Of a stretch of 64,000 nucleotides of DNA, positions 24,980 to 37,424 are shown piece after piece; the first letter of the stretch is position 1, and every line of letters starts with the position of its first letter. This stretch comes from Mobula hypostoma (taxonomy: Eukaryota). Position numbers and translations under genes: made by a program. Location of the stretch: the NCBI RefSeq assembly GCF_963921235.1, contig NC_086107.1, positions 104,842,001-104,906,000 on the forward strand, in the 5' to 3' direction. A model generated the notes under the pieces. That model had not been told where the DNA came from. It was given only the letters and a program-made list of their open reading frames with translations, and made no database searches.

Positions 24980-26021
24980 TTACACTGATAAATGTTAGTT
25001 TTCCTATCTTCATTCATGCTAGCTTATCAAAAGGCACACTTTTTAGTTTTTGAGGGCAATGTCTAGTTTCCTATCTTTGCAGTACACTGTTTAAAATATC
25101 ATTCTGCATCTAATGTTCCTGTAATTCATCTGCAGTGAATAGGTATAGTTTATTCATTTCATTTACATAACTGAAAGTGACCAGATATAGATAGAACCAG
25201 GTCAACCACTGATTTGGGACCTACCAAAATAAAAACATCATTTTTGTAGCGTCTTCTTTAACATGTTAATATTCCTTGGAAGCACTGAGAGCTAATGCAC
25301 TGAACTCATCTCTAAGACCCAAGTTCACCATCATCAGTGAAGGATTTATGTGCTCTGATTGCTGTCTTTATGTCACTTGGAAGGCATTATACACATGTTG
25401 CAAGAAAGCTTGAAGGAATCAGCATGCATGTAGTGAATATTGAGAGGTAAATTTCACAGGCTGTAAATAAAGTGAGTTCCAGAGAGGTTCTTCAGAAATA
25501 TTCTCAAACTCCCTTACAGTTAAACTGAAGTTTGAAAAAGTGAATCTCATGAACCATTTAGTTGTGCTAGCTTTTTGAGCTTTTTTAACTGATAATTCTG
25601 CCCTGTTATGTGTGCTGGTTTTCCTTTTCCAAGAAGGCAGGATATTGAATTCCATTATGAAAGTCACTAAACCTGCTCACAGCAAGCACCCAATAAGACA
25701 ATGTATCCCAGGTCGCAACAAAATGCTGCATGTGTCATCTCCCCTCTTTTTTTAAACAAATTATTTTAAATGTGCCTTTGGTTGCTGTGTGTCCATCCAG
25801 ACACTATCTACTCTAAACACTATTTGAATACTATTAACTCTTCTCATCATCCTCTGTGGAGTGTTAACCCAGCTTTTGCGGTCTCATGCCTCACCCCACT
25901 AACATTCTGCCCTTCCTACAAGGGCTTACTTAGCATCAGTTTGAAGTGTGGTCTGCTCAGAATTGAATGCAATTCTCCACTTGAACCCCAACCAACAATT
26001 GACAAGGACCAGTTCACTAAA

Positions 26022-27066
26022 TCCTCCCGCCACCCCACTAGGAATAGGGTTCCCCTCGTCCTCACCTACCACCCCACCAGCCTCCGGGTCCAACATATGA
26101 TTCTCCGTAACTTCCGCCACCTCTAACGGGATCCCACCACTAAGCACATCTTTCCCTCCCCCCCCCCCACTTTCCATAGGGATTGCTCCCTACGCGACTC
26201 CTTTGTCCATTCGTTCCCCCCCCCCCAATCCCTCCCCACTGATCTCTCTCCTGGCACTTATCCTTGTAAGCGGAACAAGTGCTACACATGCCCTTACACT
26301 TCCTCCCTTACCACCATTCAGGGCCCCAGACAGTCCTTCCAGCTGAGGCGACACTTCACCTGTGAGTCGGCTGGGGTAATATACTGCGTCTGGTGCTCCC
26401 AATGTGGCCGCCTATATATTGGCGAGACCCGACGCATACTGGCAGATCGTTCTGCTGAACACCTATGCTCTGTCCGCCAGAGAAAGCAGGATCTCCCAGT
26501 GGCCACACATTTTAATTCCACATCCCATTCCCATTCTGATATGTCTATCCACGGCCTCCTCTACTGTAAGGATGAAGCCACACTCAGGTTGGAGGAACAA
26601 CACCTTATACTCTGTCTGGGTAGCCTCCAACCTGATGGCTTGAACATTGACTTCTCTAGCTTCCGCTAATGCCCCAACTTCCCCTCGTACCCCATGTGTT
26701 ATTTATTTATTTATATACACACATTCTTTCTCTCTCTCTCTCCTTTTTCTCCCTCTGACTATACCCCTTGCCCATCCTCTGGGTTTTTTTCCCACCTTCC
26801 CTTTTTCCTTCTCCCTGCGCCTCCTGTCCCATGATCCCCTCATATCCCTTTTGTCAATCACCTGTCCAGCTCTTGGCTCCATCCCTCCCCCTCCTGTCTT
26901 CTCCTATCATTTTGGATCTCCCCCTTTCCCTCCCACTTTCAAATCTCTTACTAGCTCTTCCTTCAGTTAGTCCTGACGAAGGGTCTCGGCCGGAAATGTC
27001 AACTGTACCTCTTCCTTGAGATGCTGCCTGGCCTGCTGCGTTCACCAGCAACTTTGATGTGTGTTG
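26022..27066 (+). mobile_element. Penelope-like element, 3' part: GIY-YIG endonuclease (disrupted), pyrimidine-rich 3' UTR, terminal repeat with hammerhead motif
   Basis: Translates across frameshifts to RVPLVLTYHP...PCKRNKCYTC...FTCESAGVIYCVWCSQCGRLYIGETRR...EH...VATHFN...EEQHLI...QPDGLN* (stop 26667-26669). CTGACGA at 26973. Confidence 0.9.
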
Positions 27067-27391
27067 AGAATAACTTCCTTGTTTTGTCTTGTTTCCCTTT
27101 TGATATCTGTAAAATCAAACTTTGCAAAGGCTTTTTGAGAGCTTTCATAACTTTTCCTGCCATTGTCAAAGGTATACATTCCTAGCATCCAATTTTGAAC
27201 ATGAGCCCCCTCCCCTCACTAATACAGGTCCATAATCCCTTATCCGAAATCCTTGGGGCTGGTTGCATTTCGGAATTTAGAATTTTTCAGATTTCAGACC
27301 CCCTCTCCTCTACTCCCCCCCCCGCCGATACCAAAAAACACATATGCTCAAGTCCCTGTTTAACCTGTCTCAGTGCGGTGGACTTTAGGAC

Positions 27392-27550
27392 NNNNNNNNN
27401 NNNNNNNNNNNNNNNNNNNNNNNNNNNNNNNNNNNNNNNNNNNNNNNNNNNNNNNNNNNNNNNNNNNNNNNNNNNNNNNNNNNNNNNNNNNNNNNNNNNN
27501 NNNNNNNNNNNNNNNNNNNNNNNNNNNNNNNNNNNNNNNNNNNNNNNNNN
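27392..27550. other. Assembly gap (159 N)
   Basis: Run of N. Confidence 1.
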
Positions 27551-27807
27551 TTCAATAAAACATTAAAATATACAGCTTCAAATGAACCGAATCAAACACA
27601 TGGTAAATGACTTATTGGAATAAATGTAGAACATCACTGTCACTGTGGCTATCAAACTTCAGTAACTTGTCTTTCTGTTTATTTAAATCATTTACAGTGG
27701 TAGTTCCGACACTATTTTCTTCAGTAAGACACCGCACAGACACACCACGATCAAGCTTCTGCAATAACTCCACTTTCTGCATTATTGATAATGATGGATG
27801 CTACCTT

Positions 27808-28475
27808 TTCTTTCTTTATCTCTTTTCTTTTTCAATCTTTTTATTAGTTTCATAATGATAAACATTCCATAGTATTGATACAAAGTTGTTGGGATTACAT
27901 TGTTATGATTAACATAATTAAATATAAACCCATTTTACACATGGGTATTAAACTCCCAATCATACAGGATGCAAATGTAATATACCAAAAAAAAGGAAAA
28001 AATCATGAAAAAGGAAAAAAATATATAAAAATATACCCCAAAAGAAAAACTAACTTAAACAGTGTTAATCAACTAAACTAAGAAAAAAGACATGGGCTGT
28101 TATATAACATCAAAAAAAAGGAACCATTAAGTGTTGTCAACTCCGCTCCTCTCAACATTAGAAAAGAATAGAATGAGTTTGGAAAGGTCAAATTACATCA
28201 TATGATTATATATTGATTTACAACCTCACCCTATTACTGCAATTTTTGGGTTACTGATGATAGAATCAAGTCACTTAACCTCTTCAGCTCGTCAGATGAT
28301 TGCATTTCTTACATTAATGGCTGAAGATCCATTTTGCTGAATTGGAAAGAGATTAATCCTTCCACCACATTTCATTGGTTCTCTCAAACTACTTAGAAAA
28401 ACTTAGAAGTGTTATTTATGATCCCTCTATTAAATTTGAAAAGACTTGGAGGCCATTTATTCAACATTTTCATAT
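27808..28475 (-). mobile_element. L1-type LINE 3' end with 5' inversion, nested in the Tigger element
   Basis: T-rich tail with tttatt at the left. Inverted ORF2 C-terminal piece (PITAIFGL...IAFLTLMA) at 28206-28475. TSD GATGCT(A/T)CCTT at 27797-27807 and 28476-28486. Confidence 0.75.
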
Positions 28476-29496
28476 GATGCTTCCTTCTCTTTTTCTCATT
28501 GTTACCCATAGGGGTACCTCCAGCTCTTTTTGACATTTTCACAGTGAAATTAAACACAAAGTCAACAGTGAACACAAAATATCAGCGAAAAGCAAATGCA
28601 CGTAACCAGTACGAGCACTGAGCCACAACTGACGTCTGGCGGCCTCTGCTAGTGCTGCCCCGTCACACCTGAGTGACGTCAACTGTTGGCGAAAAAAACT
28701 TCGGTTTTCAGAGCTTTTTGGATTTCAGAATTTCGGATAAAGGAATGTCCACCTGTACTGCTTTTGAATTGTTTTGTCTCCCTGTCCTCACAAAATTTAA
28801 TTTGCTGTGCATTAATTAATTTCTGATTGTGTGTATTTTCCTGAGCTTGCATTATCCTCAAGTTTATTGCATTTTCAAACACAATTGTACTATACCTGAT
28901 CTTTCTGTTGAGCAGTTCCAATGACTTGGCATAATTTTCTGTCCTAACTTATCGTCGTCTTGTGAAAGAGGTATAAACGCTGGAGATGATTGTCTGAACT
29001 ACAGCCAAAGGAATCAATTGTTACCAGTCTGACAGAATAGATTACCTAATATTTTTAACAATTCATTTTGCACCACAGAGGTTATTCACTGTAAAGTGAG
29101 TCCATATATTGCTACTGATTTGTCCCCTCCTTCAAAGAAACTCCAAGCAAACAAACTGTTCAGATTTTTATTGGCTATTTCAGTGTAAAATCATGTCAAT
29201 TCAGTTGTTCAATGCAGAGAGAATTGGAAATTATTTGCCTGAGAAACAAAGGTTTACATTTGAGTGTCCTCCTTGAAAATGTTTTAAAATATTTTGAATA
29301 TAATTAATAATATCTGATAATATATATTGAGATAAAAAGTAAATTGTAAATTTCTTTCTAATTCAAATAATATTGTGACCGTAGTAGTTAGAGTAAATCT
29401 TCATTGATTTTGCTAGACCTTGCATGTTCTGTAGTTTCAAACTCTGACCTTTTCCTTGTTTAACATGCTGGTTCTATGTTGATCTGTGAACCTCAG

Positions 29497-29557
29497 GTAA
29501 ACAATGCCACAGCTCGTGTGATGACTAATAAGAAGATGGTGAGCCCTTATGCAAATG
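29497..29557 (+). CDS. RBFOX2: RBFOX2-like coding exon, 61 nt (VNNATARVMTNKKMVSPYAN-G)
   Basis: cctcag|GTAAAC...AATG|gtaggt. KKMV..YANG is RBFOX2-type (RBFOX1/3 have KKT...YTNG). Confidence 0.95.
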
Positions 29558-30894
29558 GTAGGTATTTTAATGATTGTACAAATGTAGCGGCCTTTTTTAA
29601 AGATTGTGTGATATTGGGATGCATTTTTTGTAGGTATTTACAGAGGAAAACAAAGAAATCCATAGAACTTTATGAAAAACTGTACATTGACAAAGACTCA
29701 GAAACAATCAATGTGCAAAAGATTACAAAAATATAATAGAACACAAGTTGTAAAGAATCCTTGAAAGTGTTGGTATAGTTTCAAGCATTGGCACAAGCTA
29801 AGCAATTCTAAATAATATGCTGCTATCTTACAGAAACAAATCTTTAATTATCCATTTTTAGTTTGTAGGCACTTGACCAATTAAGCTGCACTGAGAAGAT
29901 TTTGAAGCTTAACCTTACCGCTGTGTACGCCCTGTTTTATTTACTGCATTTGCCAATTAGACCAGCCTTGTATTAACTAGCATATGCAGAAGTACCTGAA
30001 TTTACTTGACAGAGCAATGTCCCTAGTGACTTTAGCCTAGGATTAAGAAAACTGTTGAAGAATTTCGTTTGTAATCTCTACAACTGATGCTGGGATAGCC
30101 CTGTGATGAGTGTTCAAAATTAACTGCTAAATTAGTTTAGACCAACATCTGGGGGGGGGGGGAATGTTGGGTGCTGGATGGAGAGATTTCCAGTACAAAA
30201 TCTGCAAGCGTTGATTGACCTTTCCTTGTAGATTTTTGTGGTCCAATAAAGACTTGTTCATAAGGTTGGTTGGCTTGTAATAAGCCTACAGTGAAATTAT
30301 TGCCCTTTCATTTGAAGGTCAACTGTAAAGAAAGGCCATTAAGACAACGTGTTGAGAAGCTGCTACTTCTCATGGAACTTTTTCTCTGCATTTGTATATA
30401 CCCTGAGGCAAAGTGCTTCTGAAAATAATATAGTTCAGTTTTGTTACTGGATTACTGAGTGCAGTGTTTTTAAGCAAGAAAAAATAGATTGCACTTTTAA
30501 GTAGCAGAACAGCCCAAGGCATTTCACAGGAACATTTGTCAGACAAAGATGACGCTGAGTCATATTAAAGGTATGCAGGGAAATGACCAAAAAGAAAAGT
30601 CAAAAAGTTTCTTAGAGAAAGAAAAGGAGACAGAGGGGTTTGTGGGGAAATTCCAGAGGTTAGCAATCTGCTTAACTGAATGCATGGGTGACAAAATTGA
30701 AGGACATTAATGAGATCAAAAGGCCAGAATACCTTGGAGGGTTTTCTACTGGAAGGAGATTGGGAAGTATTAGATTATGAAGAAAATGGAAAATAAATTT
30801 GTGCATTTTAAATAAATCCTTTGCTTAAATGGGAGCCAATGTAATTGGTGTCAAACAGGATTAGTGCAATGTAGGGCATAGAGAGAAGTGTTTT

Positions 30895-33140
30895 GGATGA
30901 ATTAAGATGGAGAGTGACATAGTTAATTCAGAAACAAAGGTTCTGAACTTAAAGAAGGGTAACTTTGAAGGTATGAGATGTGAATTAGCTAAGATAGACT
31001 GGCAAATGATACTTAAAGGGTTGACGGTGGATATGCAATGGCAAGCATTTAAAGATCGCATGGATGAACTACCACAATTGTTTATCCCAGTTTGGCAAAA
31101 GAATAAACCAGGGAAGGTAGTGCACCCGTGGCTGACAAGGGAAATTTGGGATAGTATCAATTCCAAAGAAGAAACATACAAATTAGCCAGAAAAAGCGGC
31201 ACATCTGAGGACAGGGGAGAAATTCAGAGTCCAGCAGAGGAGGACAAAGGGCTTAATTAGGCAAGGGAAAAAAGATTATGAGAGAAAGCTGGCAGGGAAC
31301 ATAAAAACTGACTATAAAAGCTTTTATAGATATATGAAAAGAAAAAGATTGGGTAAGACAAATGTAGGTCTCTTACAGTCAGAAACAGGTGAATTGATCA
31401 TGGGGAACAAGGACATGGCAGACCAGTTGAATAACTGCTTTGGTTCTGTCTTCACTAAGGAGGACATAAATAATCTTCAGGAAATAGTAGGGGACCGAGG
31501 GTCTAGTGAGATGGAGGAACTGAGGGAAATGCATGTTAGTAGGGAAGTGGTGTTAGGTAAATTGAAGGGATTAAAGGCAGATAAACCCCCAGGGCCAGAT
31601 GGTCTGCATCCCAGAGTGCTTAAGGAAGTAGCCCAAGAAATAGTGGATGCATTAGTGATAATTTTTCAAAACTCTTTAGATTCTGGACTAGTTCCCGAAG
31701 ATTGGAGGGTGGCTAATGTAACCCCACTTTTTAAAAAAGGAGCGAGAGAGAAACCGGGGAATTGTAGACCGGTTAGCCTAACATCGGTGGTGGGGAAAAT
31801 GCTAGAGTCAGTTATCAAAGATGTGATAACAGCACATTTGGAAAGCGGTGAAATCATCGGACGAAGTCAGCATGGATTTGTGAGAGGAAAATCATGTCTG
31901 ACGAATCTCGGACTTTTTTGAGGATGTAACTCGTGGATAGGGGAGAAACGGGATGTGGTATATTTGGATTTTCAAAGGGCTTTTGACAAGGTCCCACACA
32001 GGAGATTAGTGTGCAAACTTAAAGTACATGGTATTGGGGGTATGGTATTGATGTGGATAGAGAATTGGTTGGCAGACAGGAAGCAAAGAATGGGAATAAA
32101 CGGGACCGTTTCAGAGTGGCAGGCAGTGACTAGTGGGGTACCGCAAGGCTCAGTGCTGGGACCCCAGTTGTTTACAATATATATTAATGACTTAGACGAG
32201 GGAATTAAATGCACCATCTCCAAGTTTGAGGATGACACAAAACTGGGCGGCAGTGTTAGCTGTGAGGAGGATGCAGGGTGACTTGGATAGGTTAGGTGAG
32301 TGGGCAAATTCATGGCAGATGCAATTTAATGTGGATAAATGTGAAGTTATCCACTTTGGTGGCAAAAACAGGAAAACAGATTATTATCTGAATGGTGGCC
32401 GATTAGGAAAAGGGGAGGTGCAACGAGACCTGGGTGTCATTATACACCAGTCATTGAAAGTGGGCATGCAGGTACAGCAGGCGGTGAAAAAGGTGAATGG
32501 TATGCTGTCATTCATAGCAAGAGGATTCGAGTACAGGAGCAGGGAGGTACTACTGCAGTTGTACAAGGCCTTGGTGAGACCACATCTGGAGTATTGTGTG
32601 CAGTTTTGGTCCCCTAATCTGAGGAAAGACATTCTTGCCATAGAGGGAGTGCAAAGAAGGTTCACCAGATTGATTCCTGGGATGGCAGGACTTTCATATG
32701 ATGAAAGACTGGATAGACTAGGCTTTATACTCACTGGAATTTAGAAGATTGAGGGGGGATCTTATTGAAACGTATAAAATTCTAAAGGGATTGGACAGGC
32801 TAGATGCAGGAAGATTGTTCCCGATGTTAGGCAAGTCCAGAACGAGGGGTCACAGTTTAAGGATGAAGGGGAAGCCTTTTAGGACTGAGATGAGGAAAAA
32901 CTTCTTCATGCAGAGAGTGGTGAATCTGTGGAATTCTCTGCCACAGGAAACAGTTGAGGCCAGTTCATTCGCTATATTTAAGAGGGAGTTAGATATGGCC
33001 CTTGTGGCTAAAGGGATCAGGGGGTATGGACAGAAGGCAGGTGCAGGGTTCTGAGTTGGATGATCAGCCATGATCATACTGAATGGTGGTGCAGGCTCGA
33101 AGGGCCAAATGGCCTACTCCACCTATTTTCTATGTTTCTG
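30895..33140 (+). mobile_element. CR1-type LINE, 5'-truncated
   Basis: ORFs 30907-33054 with [50 protein letters not shown]. Tail ttctatgtttctgtg. Confidence 0.94.
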
Positions 33141-33548
33141 TGAATTCGGTTGAACTGTGAAGAATGTGGATGTCTGACTGTGAAGGCTGAAATAGTGAAG
33201 TCTTATGACATGGTACCAAAGGCATGGATGAGGCTTTCACTGGCAAATTAAGGGAGAGTTGGAATCAAACAATTCAGACTGGTTAGACTGTCTTTTTGAT
33301 GGCACTGATATGCAGTCAAAACTTTATCTCATGTCATATTTCAGATAGAACATAGAAAACCTACAGCACAATGCAGGCCCTTCGGCCTACAATGCTGTGC
33401 CAAACTTGTACTTTAGAAATTACCTAGGGTTACCCATAGCCCTCTATTTTTCAAAGGTCTACGTACTTACCCAAGAGTCTATTGAAAGACTCTATAGTAT
33501 CTGCCTCCACCACCATCGCTGGCAGCCCATTCCACGCACTCACCACTC

Positions 33549-33583
33549 TCCTGACGAAGGGTCTCGGCCTGAAACGTCGACTG
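33549..33583 (+). ncRNA. Minimal type I hammerhead ribozyme motif (core intact, stem I truncated)
   Basis: CUGACGA core, stem II GGGU-CUCG-GCCU, GAAA, palindromic ACGU stem III, GUC cleavage triplet (C33578). Activity unproven. Confidence 0.65.
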
Positions 33584-33680
33584 CGCCTCTTCCTATAGAT
33601 GCTGCCTGGCCTGCTGCGTTCACCAGCAACTTTGATGTGTGTTGCTTGAATTTCCAGCATCTGCAGAATTCCTGTTGTTT
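33551..33680 (+). mobile_element. 130-bp Penelope terminal-repeat insert beginning exactly at a hammerhead core, 15-bp TSD
   Basis: TSD GCACTCACCACTCTC at 33536-33550 and 33681-33695. The insert starts CTGACGA-AGGGTCTCGGCCT-GAAACGTC-GACT. Confidence 0.9.
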
Positions 33681-34051
33681 GCACTCACCACTCTCTGCGT
33701 TTTTAAAAAAAACTTACCCCTGACATCTCCTCTGTACCTACTTCCAAGCACCTTAAAACTGTGCCCTCTCGTGTTAGCCATTTCAGCCCTGGGAAAAAGT
33801 CTCTGACTATCCACGATCAATGCCTCTCATCATCTTACACACCTCTATCAGGTCACCATTCATCCTCCGTCGCTCCAAGGAGAAAAGGCCAAGTTCACTC
33901 AACCTATCCTCATAAGGCATGCTCCCCAATCCAGGCAACATCCTTGTAAATCTCTGCTGCACCCTTTCTATAGTTTCCACATCCTTCCTGTAGTGAAGTG
34001 GCCAGAACTAAGCACAGTACTCCAAGTAGGGTCTGACCAGGGTCCTATATA

Positions 34052-35430
34052 CAGTGGTATGCAAAAGTTGGGGCACCCCGGTCAAAATTTCTGTTACTGT
34101 GAATAGCTAAGCGAGTAAAAGATGACCTGATTTCCAAAAGGCATAAAGTTAAAATTGACACATTTCTTTAATATTTTAAGCAAGATTACTTTTTTATTTC
34201 CATTTTTTTACAGTTTCAAAATGACAAAAAAGGAAAGGGGCCCAAAGCAAAAGTTTGGGCACCCTGCATGGTCAGTCCTTAGTAACACCCCCTTTGGCAA
34301 GTATCACAGCTTGTAAACGCTTTCTGTAGCCAGCTAAGGGTCTTTCAATTCTTGTTTGGGGGATTTTCGCTCATTCTTCCTTGCAAAAGGCTTCTAGTTC
34401 TGTGAGATTCTTGGGTCGTCTTGCATGTACTGCTCTTTTGAGGTTTATCCACAGATTTCCGATGATGTTTAGGTCGGGGGGACTGTGAGGGCCATGGCAA
34501 AACCTTCAGCTTGCACCTCTTGAGGTAGTCCATTGTGGATTTTGAGGTGTGTTTAGGATCATTATCCTGTTGCAGAAGCGGTCCTCTATTTTAACTTCAT
34601 CAGTCCACAGGACTTGTTTCCAAAATGCATCAGGCTTGTTTAGATGTTCCTTTGAACTTTTTGAATAGAACTTTTTGGCCGCAATGAGCAAAGGTATGTT
34701 TGGAGAAAAAAGGGTGCAGAATTTCATGAAAAGAAACACCTCTCCAACTGTTAAGCACGGGGGTGGATCGATCATGCTTTGGGCTTGTGTTGCAACCAGT
34801 GGCACAGGGAACATTTCACTGGTAGAGGGAAGAATGAATTCAATTAAATACCAGCAAATTCTGGAAGCAAACATCACACTGTCTGTAAAAAAGCTGACGA
34901 TGAAAAGAGGATGGCTTCTACAACAGGATAATGATCCTAAACACACCTCAAAATCCACAGTGGACTACCTCAAGAGGCGCAAGCTGAAGGTTTTGCCATG
35001 GCCCTCACAGTCCCCCGACCTAAACATCATCGAAAATCTGTGGATATACCTCAAGAGCAGTGCATGCAAGACGGCCCAAGAATCTCAGAACTAGAAGCCT
35101 TTTGGAAGGAAGAATGGATGAAAATCCCCCAAACAAGAATTGAAGACTCTTAGCTGGCTACAAAAAGCGTTTACAAGCTGTGATACTTGCCTAAGGGGGT
35201 GTTACTAAGTACTGACCAAGCAGGGTGCCCAAACTTTTCTTCGGGCCCTTTTCCATTTTTTTTAATTTTGAAACTGTAAAAAATGGAAATAAAAATGTAA
35301 TCTTAAAATATTAAAGAAATTTGTCATCTTTAACTTTATGCCTTTTGGAAATAAGGTCATTTTTACTCGCATAGCTATTCACAGTAACAGGAATTTTGAC
35401 CAGGGGTGCCCAAACTTTTGCATGCCACTG
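34052..35430. mobile_element. Rearranged (palindromic) Tc1-like IR/DR transposon with partial DD34E transposase
   Basis: TA-flanked TIR CAGTGG(T/C)ATGCAAAAGTT(G/T)GGGCACCCC. Motifs [38 protein letters not shown]. Confidence 0.93.
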
Positions 35431-35741
35431 TAGCTGTAACATTACCTCTCAGCTCTTGAACTCAGTCCCACGGTTGATGAAGGACAATACACCGTATGCT
35501 GCTTTAACCACACAGTCAACCTGTGCAGCAGCTTTGAGTGTCCTATGGACTCAAACCCAAAGATTCCTCAGATCCTCTACGCTACCAAGAGTCTTACCAT
35601 TAATATTATATTTTACCATCATATTTGACCTACCAGAATGAACCAGCTCACACTTTTCTGGGTTGAACTCTGTCTGTCACTCCTCAGCCCAGTTTTGCAT
35701 CCTGTTGATGTCCCGCTGTAACCTCTGATAGCCCTCTGCAC

Positions 35742-35932
35742 CAGGGGTCCCCAACCTTTTGCGCACCGCGGACCAGTTTAATATTGACAATATTCTTGCC
35801 GACGGTGGGGTGGGGGGGGTGTTCAAGTTCAACAGTGCGTGACGGGGAATGAGGAAAGGTGCAGCTGACTCATACCGTTTCGTATCGCCAAATCATATCA
35901 TTTCTGCGTGGCCCGGTGGTTGGGGACTACTG
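35742..35932. mobile_element. hAT/Charlie-like MITE
   Basis: TIR CAGGGGTCCCCAACC / GGTTGGGGACTACTG. Degenerate 8-bp flanks ctctgcac / ctgtacat. Confidence 0.7.
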
Positions 35933-37424
35933 CTGTACATTATCCACAACACCCCCAACCTTTGTGTCATCAACAAATTTACTAACCCATCCCTCCACTT
36001 CCTCATCCAGGTCATTTATAAAAATCACGAAGAGAAGGGGTCCCAGAACAGGTCCCTGAGGCACACCACTGATCACCGATCAAAAATGTAGAATTTCTGA
36101 CTCGGCTCCAAATATATGTGACAGGGAGGGATGGGGTCAATGGCTAAGTGTAAGCAGAGAGTGCTGAAAATGATCGTCAATTCTTCAAGGAAATTTCTCA
36201 TAGGCTATATCAAGTTGTGAACAACTAATGTTGCAAAGACAGGAGTTAAAGTGTGCATTGATGTTTACAGAGCTGAAGAGGAGGAAAGTGATTTCTGTGG
36301 AATATTAATGAATTTACAAATTTCAGGTAACTCACTCCCTCCTTTTCTGATTCCACCTGTCACTCACCTGCCGTCCTTTGTATCTAAAATAAGCCCTGCT
36401 CTTCCCCACCTGGCTCCATCTGCCCACCATGCCATATCTCCTCCACCCTTTCACACCCACCACTCTGTAACAGTCTCCTTCCCACCATATACTACACATT
36501 ACCAGTCCCTATTCAGGGTCCTGACCCAAAGCATAGACTATTCACATGCTGCTTGACTCACTGAGTTCTTTCAGCAATTGTTGCTGAGTGTAACAATAAT
36601 GGTGGAGGAGGTGAGCTAACTGAGATTTTGGATGATAAATGATAGGTCCTCGGAAGAAGTCAGAGGAAATAGTGCAAAAGATGGAAGCCTTTGCTAGATT
36701 CACTTGCTGTGATTGGATAGGTAAGAAAAGTACCTGCTCCTAGACTATCAACAAGTGCAAATTTTGGAACAGAAGGTGTAGTCAAAAAATTCCATACAAA
36801 TTAAGGAAAAAAATTTTCATTACAATCGTATATGGTATCGTGAATGACTTTAATCGGAGACATTTTCATCTCTGGTGCAAGTAGTAAACTAATTTAGACA
36901 GTTCCAGATAGACTGCAATACATTCAGGTACTTTGGGTACGAAAGGGAGGTTGGAGATGGGTGGTAGTTTGCAAAGATGGGAATTAAATGAGTTTTCTGA
37001 TTATTAAAGGGCTGAAGAGGAAATTGGTGTCTGTGGAATATTAATGAGAATAGGGACAAGTAAAGTCTGCAGTTTGAGGTTGGAGGGAAACTAAGGATCA
37101 CTCTGCAGGTTAGGGGAAGCGAAGGGTAGCCATGAGGCTACTGATGTGTCATAAACATGGGAATTGAAAATTTGAATGTGTGCCATGAATATAGATAATT
37201 TTGAACAATAATGCCAGTCATTGTGATGTAGCCATTTAGCACATCAGTATCTGGAATATTAGCTGAAATTAGCTGATATAGTTACTATATTTCTTTAAAA
37301 AGCAGTTGCATGCAACAGAGTGCAAAGTAAATATGATCCCAAGTGTAAAGGGGACTGATGAGGAAGGTCTAGAATAACTGAAGTGTTGAAAAGGGGGTTG
37401 TTTTAACAAGGTATTTATTATTAT

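Larger units (their letters stand above)
27225..28755 (-). mobile_element. pogo/Tigger (Jerky/CENP-B-like) DNA transposon remnant, spanning the assembly gap
   Basis: TA-flanked TIRs CAGGTCCATAATCCCTTATCCGAAAT / rc CAGGTGGACATTCCTTTATCCGAAAT. Minus-strand N-terminus MSKRAGGTPMGNNEKKRRKH resumes as PSLSIMQKVELLQKLDRGVSVR after an insertion. Confidence 0.8.
33345..36078 (-). mobile_element. CR1-type LINE 3' fragment hosting three nested insertions
   Basis: Tail atagaacatagaa at 33345. LFPRAEMANTRGHSFKV and RVVSAWNGLP on the minus strand. The sequence resumes correctly after each insertion. Confidence 0.85.

Noticed and set aside
27195-27566. ORFs containing X runs
   Set aside because: Artefacts of the N gap.
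34675-35094. Tc1 transposase ORF as a functional or domesticated gene
   Set aside because: Lacks the DNA-binding domain and first catalytic Asp in frame, and is frameshifted.
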